From contig JAUWKS010000023.1 in assembly GCA_030614005.1 (NCBI GenBank), positions 1-32,000 on the forward strand: DNA of 32,000 nucleotides, written 5' to 3'. The notes under the pieces were generated by a model, which saw only the letters and a program-made list of their open reading frames with translations, did not search any database and had not been told where the DNA came from. Both the position numbers and the translations under genes were made by a program. Below, piece by piece: positions 26,364 to 32,000 of this stretch (positions are counted from its first letter, which is position 1; the number at the start of each line of letters is the position of its first letter). The stretch comes from Candidatus Heimdallarchaeota archaeon (GTDB lineage Archaea > Asgardarchaeota > Heimdallarchaeia > JABLTI01).

Positions 26364-26513
26364 AATAAACAGTGGAATTTACTCAAGTTCTAAATAATAA
26401 ATCATCGTTTTGGTCTCAGAAAGAATTTCCGCTTTTTTTCGGAATTTTTAAAAAGAATAAAATATACTTTATGATTATAAAACAATTGTTTAAAGAAAAG
26501 AGAGCTGTAAAAT

Positions 26514-27470
26514 ATGCCTGGGTTATCGTATTCAAATGAAGAATTAAATAATTTTCTAATGGAACTTTTCCAATCAAAATTAGCGGTTGCAATATTTAAT
26601 CAGCTTGTTGAAGATGGAGGAAATACTGTGATTGGAATAGTTGAGAGTTTGCAAGAAAAAGGAATGAAAGCTTCAAAAACATGCGTTTATGAAGAAATAT
26701 CACATTTAGTTGCAAAAGGAATGATCAATAGAGTTTCTAAAAGACCTCCGGTTTATACCATTAATTTAGCTCGGGAAAATTTAGAAGAACTTGCAAGTCA
26801 ATTTTTTATGGATACACGAGAAGAACTTTTGAGACGGTGGGCTGCAACTTATCCTTTCTTACCAGAATTTTTGAAAACAAGTCAAGATTCTTCAACTAGT
26901 CTATCGAGTATTCCAATGATTAGCTTTAATCCCTATCCAATTGTAGATATTTTCAAAACTGATGCAGCGGGATTGCAGAGATATATGATACGAGTTTTCC
27001 AATCAAATATCATAATGATTTCTGAATCACTCATTGGAACTTTACTAAGTGCTGATTCAATTCGATCACAATTTGAAAAGGAAAATTTCAGACCACTTTT
27101 TGCAATTATGCAAAAAAACTTTGAAAGAAATGATAAAATAACACTAAAAGTCCTTGTTACAATGAAGAGTAAAGAGATTATTAATTTAACTCAAATAAAT
27201 AAAGTACCTGATTTTTACAAGAAATATTTTAAAATAATTAATTATGAAATAAGGGAACCCTCTACTAAGTTAACTAGTTTCGTTATTGCTGATGATAAGA
27301 TTCTATTTCCAATTGGAATTGGGGGTTCTAACCCTAGAACATATTTAATCATTGAGATTAGAGATTCTAAAATGGTTAAAAAAGCTCATTCTGCTTTTGT
27401 TAAGACATGGAATAAAGCAAAACCAATTATGAAGATTGAAAATGGTAAATATCAAGAATCTGTTAGTTAG
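26514..27470 (+). CDS. TrmB-like transcriptional regulator (wHTH + PLD-like C-terminal domain)
   Basis: KTCVYEEISHLVAKGMINRVSKRPPVY; C-terminal FVIADDKIL...DSKMVKKAHSAFVKTWNKAKP. Confidence 0.75.
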   Translation: MPGLSYSNEELNNFLMELFQSKLAVAIFNQLVEDGGNTVIGIVESLQEKGMKASKTCVYEEISHLVAKGMINRVSKRPPVYTINLARENLEELASQFFMDTREELLRRWAATYPFLPEFLKTSQDSSTSLSSIPMISFNPYPIVDIFKTDAAGLQRYMIRVFQSNIIMISESLIGTLLSADSIRSQFEKENFRPLFAIMQKNFERNDKITLKVLVTMKSKEIINLTQINKVPDFYKKYFKIINYEIREPSTKLTSFVIADDKILFPIGIGGSNPRTYLIIEIRDSKMVKKAHSAFVKTWNKAKPIMKIENGKYQESVS

Positions 27471-27486
27471 GGTAAAAAGGAGTATT

Positions 27487-27514
27487 GGGGAGATAAAGTT
27501 CTCCCCGTTTTTTT
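27487..27514 (+). terminator. GC-rich hairpin plus T-tract after the TrmB-like gene
   Basis: GGGGAGA-taaagt-TCTCCCC followed by GTTTTTTT. Confidence 0.7.
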
Positions 27515-27688
27515 GCTTCTGCTTTCTCTTTTCAAACCCCAATCATCGTTAATAATATATAATTCAGACAAAATTAAGCCCCCATAAAAATGCTTTTTAT
27601 TTCACGATAATATTAATCCTTCAAATTTTTCTTTTTTTCTATTTTCTTACTTCTTCCATCAAAAAAGGCTATTTTTAATTTTAGTGTC

Positions 27689-27762
27689 AAAGGAAAATAC
27701 TCTTATATTAAAAAATAGTTTGAATTGTTGTTGACAATAATAGTCAATTAGTTTATGAGGTA
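27689..27762 (+). promoter_or_regulatory. Promoter of TM2 copy 1: BRE/TATA-like AAAGGAAAATACTCTTATATT, palindrome TTGAC-N7-GTCAA (27731-27747), SD TGAGGT
   Basis: All elements recur at an identical 371-bp offset before copy 2. Confidence 0.7.
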
Positions 27763-27768
27763 TTATAA

Positions 27769-27969
27769 ATGGCTGAAGACAAAGACAACGACAAATTAAT
27801 ACAAATTCTAATAACCTGGTTATTAGGTTATTTAGGAATTCACAGAATGATGAAAGGTTACTGGGTATCAGGTATAGTCTATCTATGTACTTTTGGACTT
27901 TTCTCAGTCGGTTATATAATCGACCTTATTTATGTCATAACTGATAAACCACTAATGTGGCAAAAATAA
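27769..27969 (+). CDS. TM2-domain small membrane protein, copy 1
   Basis: LITWLLGYLGIHRMMKG...GIVYLCTFGLFSVGYIID, the TM2 'LG.HRFY.G...G..YL.T.G..G....D' pattern. Confidence 0.9.
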   Translation: MAEDKDNDKLIQILITWLLGYLGIHRMMKGYWVSGIVYLCTFGLFSVGYIIDLIYVITDKPLMWQK

Positions 27970-27978
27970 AAAAATATC

Positions 27979-28020
27979 GATTCAATGAATTTAATTCATT
28001 GATTCATTTTCTCTTTTTTT
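27979..28020 (+). terminator. Hairpin TCAATGAAT-tta-ATTCATTGA plus T-tract after TM2 copy 1
   Basis: Perfect 9-bp stem; conserved after copy 2. Confidence 0.6.
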
Positions 28021-28059
28021 CCCCTCTAAATAGATAAATACTATCTTTTTTGATTTGAT

Positions 28060-28133
28060 AAAGGAAAACACTCTTATATTGAGATTATATATCAACTGCT
28101 ATTGACAATGATGGTCAATAAAATTATGAGGTA
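28060..28133 (+). promoter_or_regulatory. Promoter of TM2 copy 2: AAAGGAAAACACTCTTATATT, palindrome TATTGAC-N7-GTCAATA (28100-28120), SD TGAGGT
   Basis: 20/21 identity with the copy 1 BRE/TATA block; the palindrome core starts 38 nt before the ATG in both copies. Confidence 0.7.
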
Positions 28134-28139
28134 TTAAAA

Positions 28140-28331
28140 ATGGCTGATAATGACAAACTCATACAGATATTAATTACTTGGTTTTTAGGTGCTTTAGGCA
28201 TCCACAGAATGATGAAAGGTTACTGGTTATCCGGTATCGTCTATCTATTTACAGGTGGACTTTTCTTCATTGGTTGGTTATATGATCTTTATTGTGTTAT
28301 AACCGACAAAGCATTGTTCTGGCAAAGTTAA
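28140..28331 (+). CDS. TM2-domain small membrane protein, copy 2
   Basis: LITWFLGALGIHRMMKGYWLSGIVYLFTGGLFFIGWLYD; tandem paralog of copy 1. Confidence 0.9.
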   Translation: MADNDKLIQILITWFLGALGIHRMMKGYWLSGIVYLFTGGLFFIGWLYDLYCVITDKALFWQS

Positions 28332-28340
28332 GAAACCTTT

Positions 28341-28385
28341 GATTCAATGAATTATATTCATTGTTTCTATTTTTTCTTTTTTTTT
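28341..28385 (+). terminator. Hairpin CAATGAAT-tat-ATTCATTG plus T-tract after TM2 copy 2
   Basis: Perfect 8-bp stem homologous to the copy 1 hairpin. Confidence 0.6.
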
Positions 28386-28409
28386 AATTTAACAAAAAAA
28401 TGAACGATT

Positions 28410-28757
28410 TTATTTTTCTGTATTGAAAGCGTCGAGTAATTCTTGAGTACTTGCATGACCACGTTTCTTTGCTATTTGTCCTAAAGACCATTCAGCGGAA
28501 ATTTTTACCTTTTCACTTTCATCATTATTCTTTGATGTTATTAGTGTTTTAATAACAGAATCAAAATGCCCAAATAGAGCAAAAGCTTCAGCAAAAATGG
28601 ATCGAACATTTTCATCTTGTTCTTTTTTGAATGCACTAATTATTGATGGGACAGATTCATCTGCACCCATTTCTCCGAGATTCATCACAGCTTTACTGCG
28701 AGTATCTGCATTAAGATCTCTAAGCTGCCTAGTTAAAGTATTAATACTTTTGCTCAT
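28410..28757 (-). CDS. HEAT-repeat (PBS-lyase-like) protein
   Basis: LRDLNADTRSKAVMNLGEMG, DENVRSIFAEAF and SEKVKISAEWSLGQI. Confidence 0.88.
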   Translation of the reverse strand: MSKSINTLTRQLRDLNADTRSKAVMNLGEMGADESVPSIISAFKKEQDENVRSIFAEAFALFGHFDSVIKTLITSKNNDESEKVKISAEWSLGQIAKKRGHASTQELLDAFNTEK

Positions 28758-28928
28758 TTTATTACTTCCATAAAATAATGTACTTTTCTACTATTTATAC
28801 TAAATGATTCCAACTACAAAAATTTGGTTATATAAACTAGTTTGGTAGTAAAAGTTATTAATTTCGAGATAATAATGGTAATTAACTTCCTGGAGGATAA
28901 GAAGTGAATACACTCTGGGGGCGATGTA

Positions 28929-29306
28929 TTGTTATCGCCCAGAAGAACGGTACTTTCTAAGAATCTTATCCAGTTGAAAATAGGTGGTAAATTATTAATT
29001 GCTCTTTTTTTTAGCATTATTTGTTCAAGTAGATTTACCCATTGTAAACCATTTTCAAATGAATTCGAAAATCTTAGATTAAAATGGATATTTGGGTTGC
29101 CAGAACCTTCTATTTCTGGATGTAAAAAAGATTTTTACTGCCAAATGAGATTACACAGAACAAGCAAAAAAGCTTATAATTACTTTTACTTCTCGAAATT
29201 AAAAGACCTAGTAGTTCTACGAAGGATAATAAAATCTTTACGCTTGGCAAAGAAAAAATATTGGTTGAAAATTCAATCAGAAAATAAAAGTGGTGCACAA
29301 AAATGA
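28929..29306 (+). CDS. Doubtful basic hypothetical ORF overlapping the valS start
   Basis: 125 codons are open in AT-rich DNA and the TGA overlaps the valS ATG (ATGAATG). There is no motif and only a weak TTG start. Confidence 0.3.
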   Translation: MLSPRRTVLSKNLIQLKIGGKLLIALFFSIICSSRFTHCKPFSNEFENLRLKWIFGLPEPSISGCKKDFYCQMRLHRTSKKAYNYFYFSKLKDLVVLRRIIKSLRLAKKKYWLKIQSENKSGAQK

Positions 29307-31792
29307 ATGCGAAAAAACAGAAAACAAATGGTGATGGTCCTCAACCTAAACTTGAAAAACACTATAATATAGCAGAGGCTGAAAAACGAATACAAGACTT
29401 ATGGACTACAAAAGAGCATTACGAAGCAGTATATGGTTTTGATTTCAAAGATACTGAAAAACCGCTCTTTGCTATAGATACTCCTCCTCCCTTCACAAGT
29501 GGATTACTCCATATGGGTCATGCTTATTGGTGCAGTATTTCCGATTTAATAGGACGATACAAACGTATGAGAGGATATAATGTGCTTCTTCCTCAGGGAT
29601 GGGATACGCAAGGATTACCTACAGAGTTAAAAGTGCAGTATAAATGGAATATCTCTCGAGATGATCGTCCTCATTTTAAAGCCAAGTGTAGAGAATGGAC
29701 TGAGTTAATGATTAAAGATATGAAGGATGTCATCGCAAAAATTGGTTATCGACCTGATTGGGAGGCATTTGAATATCGAACAATGGATAAATCATATCAA
29801 AAGCGTGTTCAGAATTCTCTTCTAGAAATGCACCAAAAAGATGAAGTTTATTTTGATAACTTCCCGAATATGTGGTGTACATATTGTGGGACAACAATTG
29901 CTCAAGCTGAAACAGGATATATAGAGAAAAAAGGGTTCATGAATTGGGTGAAGTTTCCAATAGAAGGTGAAGAGGACAGTTTCATTGAAATCGCCACATC
30001 ACGCCCTGAACTTATTCCCGCTTGCCAAGCAATTTTGATCCATCCTAAAGATAAACGTTTCAAAAAATATCTTGGTAAAAAAGCGGTGATACCTATTTTT
30101 GGTCGCGCTATTCCGATAATTGGTGATGAAGAAGTTGATATGGAATTTGGCACTGGTGCAGTAATGAACTGCACTTTCGGTGACGAACAAGATATCAAAT
30201 GGCAGCAAAGACATAATTTGCCTATCAAAAGTATTGTCTCTCGAGATGGTAAAATAATTGATACAGGATTTCGGTACGATGATATGTTGCTTAAAGATGC
30301 ACAAAGAGAAATATCCATCGCTTTGAAAGAAGCAGGTTTTATCTCAAAACAAGAACGAATTAAACATAGGGTTCTTTGTCATACTGAAAGAGGTGACTGT
30401 GAAACTCCAATGGAATTTCTCACTACAAAGCAATATATGATTAAATTGAAAGATTTTGCTCCTGAACTAATCAAAGCAGCAAAGAAGATGAAATGGTATC
30501 CTTCTCTCTATCTTAGACGAGCTACAGATTGGATACAAGCTTTAGAGTGGGATTGGATAATCTCTCGGCAAAGACTTTTTGGAACACCTATACCATTCTG
30601 GAGTTGTTCTGATTGTAATGAAGTAATAGCTCCTTCACCAGATATGGAACTTCCAATAGATACTTCATTAATAGATCCACCTGTAACCAAATGTCCAAAA
30701 TGCGGGTCAAAGAATATCTCTGGCACCACGGATGTTTGCGATTGTTGGGTTGACTCAAGTCTAACACCATTAACCATTACAAAATATTATGAGGATCCTG
30801 AGTTTGCCAAACGATGGATATCAAATAAATCAAATGATATCATTAGATTACAAGGGCATGATATAATTAGAACCTGGTATACTTACACTACATTTAGAAC
30901 TCTGAAATTAACTGGTGGTAAGATGCCTTACGGTAGTGTTCTTATTAATGGTCATGTTCTTGGTCCAGACTCAATGAAAATGTCCAAGTCAAAAGGAAAT
31001 GTTGTTGATCCTCGTGATGGAATCGAAAAATATGGTGCAGATGCTATTAGGCAGACAATTTTAGGGAAGAAAGTTGGCTATGATTTTCCATTCCAGTGGG
31101 ATAAAGCTCAATACGGTAAGTCCTTCTTACAAAAACTGTGGTCAGTTTCGAGATATCTTAGTATCTACATCGATGATGTTCCGGATGGAAAATCAAATTA
31201 TTCACCAATAGATATTTGGTTATTGTCTGAACTTGAAAAAACAAGAAAAGAAATAACAGTAACATTGGATAAATATGAATTCCATACTAGTTTGCAATTA
31301 ATACATGAATTTACTTGGAGAAAACTTTGCGATAACTATCTCGAGAGTGTGAAATCGTTTTTCAGAACTGATGACGCTGTAAGGTCCGCTACAGTAAAAC
31401 GTATTTTACGAGATACCTTGTGGACTGTGCTGCGATTACTTGCTCCATTCTGCCCACATATTACTGAAGAAATCTACTTGAAAATGTTCAAAGATAACAT
31501 AGGTGCTGTATCAATACATGCAACATCTTGGCCTGAAAGGGAACGAAGAAAGCTTGATCCAGAAAAAGCTGAGCTCGGTGGATTACTAATAGAGCTAATT
31601 GCACAGATACGACAATGTAAAGCAACGAAGAGAATAGCCTTGAATCAACCAATAAAATCTGCAACTGTGACTGCACCAGCTGATAAAATCGAACAAATAA
31701 AAGAATTTGAGCATTTAATAAAATTACCAGTTCATGTTGGTGAAATAATAATAAATGCCGGAGAAGAAATTTCTGCAGAAATTGAAGAATAA
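29303..31792 (+). CDS. valS: Valyl-tRNA synthetase, archaeal type
   Basis: DTPPPFTSGLLHMGH (HIGH motif), GWDTQGLPTE, ATSRPEL, WIISRQR, QGHDIIRTW and KMSKSKGN; no bacterial C-terminal coiled coil. Confidence 0.97.
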   Translation: MNAKKQKTNGDGPQPKLEKHYNIAEAEKRIQDLWTTKEHYEAVYGFDFKDTEKPLFAIDTPPPFTSGLLHMGHAYWCSISDLIGRYKRMRGYNVLLPQGWDTQGLPTELKVQYKWNISRDDRPHFKAKCREWTELMIKDMKDVIAKIGYRPDWEAFEYRTMDKSYQKRVQNSLLEMHQKDEVYFDNFPNMWCTYCGTTIAQAETGYIEKKGFMNWVKFPIEGEEDSFIEIATSRPELIPACQAILIHPKDKRFKKYLGKKAVIPIFGRAIPIIGDEEVDMEFGTGAVMNCTFGDEQDIKWQQRHNLPIKSIVSRDGKIIDTGFRYDDMLLKDAQREISIALKEAGFISKQERIKHRVLCHTERGDCETPMEFLTTKQYMIKLKDFAPELIKAAKKMKWYPSLYLRRATDWIQALEWDWIISRQRLFGTPIPFWSCSDCNEVIAPSPDMELPIDTSLIDPPVTKCPKCGSKNISGTTDVCDCWVDSSLTPLTITKYYEDPEFAKRWISNKSNDIIRLQGHDIIRTWYTYTTFRTLKLTGGKMPYGSVLINGHVLGPDSMKMSKSKGNVVDPRDGIEKYGADAIRQTILGKKVGYDFPFQWDKAQYGKSFLQKLWSVSRYLSIYIDDVPDGKSNYSPIDIWLLSELEKTRKEITVTLDKYEFHTSLQLIHEFTWRKLCDNYLESVKSFFRTDDAVRSATVKRILRDTLWTVLRLLAPFCPHITEEIYLKMFKDNIGAVSIHATSWPERERRKLDPEKAELGGLLIELIAQIRQCKATKRIALNQPIKSATVTAPADKIEQIKEFEHLIKLPVHVGEIIINAGEEISAEIEE

Positions 31793-31820
31793 AGAGATCT
31801 TTATCTCTTTCGTTCTTTTT
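31791..31820 (+). terminator. Hairpin AAAGAGAT-cttt-ATCTCTTT plus T-rich tail after valS
   Basis: Perfect 8-bp stem directly at the stop codon. Confidence 0.6.
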
Positions 31821-31896
31821 TCTAAACTAACTGCTATTTTTGAGCAGTAGCTTAAAAATTTATAAAATATGCATATCAAAAATAACATTACATATT

Positions 31897-32000
31897 TTAT
31901 AATTCTAAACTATTTAACAATTCTAATAGAGCTTCTCTAATACCTTCTTCATTAATGGAAGAGGATGGTAGTACTTGTACTCCATTCATATTTAGAAGTT
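31897..32000 (-). CDS. 3' end of a gene running in from beyond the window, resembling a small GTPase C-terminus
   Basis: The minus frame reads LLNMNGVQVLPSSSINEEGIREALLELLNSLEL* (stop 31899-31897), resembling a G5 'SA..G.G' motif plus helix 5. Confidence 0.5.
   Translation of the reverse strand, partial: LLNMNGVQVLPSSSINEEGIREALLELLNSLEL

Noticed and set aside
28904-28960. Valine attenuator leader peptide
   Set aside because: It has only one internal Val codon, so it is not a Val-rich leader.
28975-28995. AAAATAGGTGGTAAA upstream of valS resembling a T-box sequence
   Set aside because: It lacks the ACCGCG/ACCACG end, any stem I specifier structure and a terminator/antiterminator. T-boxes are also not established in archaea.
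679-31676. About 30 short ORF-track entries overlapping longer genes (e.g. 679-990, 6205-6693, 7082-7357, 15979-16335, 17380-17733, 20541-20831, 21978-22301, 29902-30318)
   Set aside because: They are antisense or alternate-frame shadows of well-supported CDSs and contain no motifs.
1-32000. tRNA, rRNA, CRISPR arrays, transposases, integrases and inteins
   Set aside because: I saw none of these: no cloverleaf-like GC-rich segments, no periodic repeats and no DDE, tyrosine-recombinase or intein motifs.

Overview
AT-rich, gene-dense 32 kb window that I infer comes from an Asgard archaeon, most likely Heimdallarchaeia. The basis is an Asgard-type profilin, a DENN-domain protein, a PCI-like protein, an archaeal-type ValS and Heimdall-style C-terminally anchored surface proteins. 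It holds about 26 probable genes. Housekeeping genes are a leuC/leuD-family pair, valS, a prenol kinase, a thioredoxin and a metallo-beta-lactamase (MBL)-fold hydrolase. Regulators are a CheY-like receiver, a ThiR-like, a TrmB-like and a tandem wHTH pair. Eukaryote-like or unusual architectures are dense. (1) A DENN protein whose longin domain is complete only if translation starts at a CTG. (2) A PRC-barrel + helical repeat + PCI-like winged-helix fusion. (3) An orphan wHTH-NurA. (4) A B-box membrane protein. (5) A membrane-anchored subtilase with Site-1-protease-like C-terminal domains. (6) Profilin facing a ~1000-aa protein with a CdvA-like coiled coil and three tandem PRC barrels. (7) A tandem TM2 duplication that retains its promoter, a TTGAC-N7-GTCAA operator and its terminator. 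I saw no rRNA, tRNA, CRISPR array or transposase. All domain calls come from reading motifs by eye, not from database searches.
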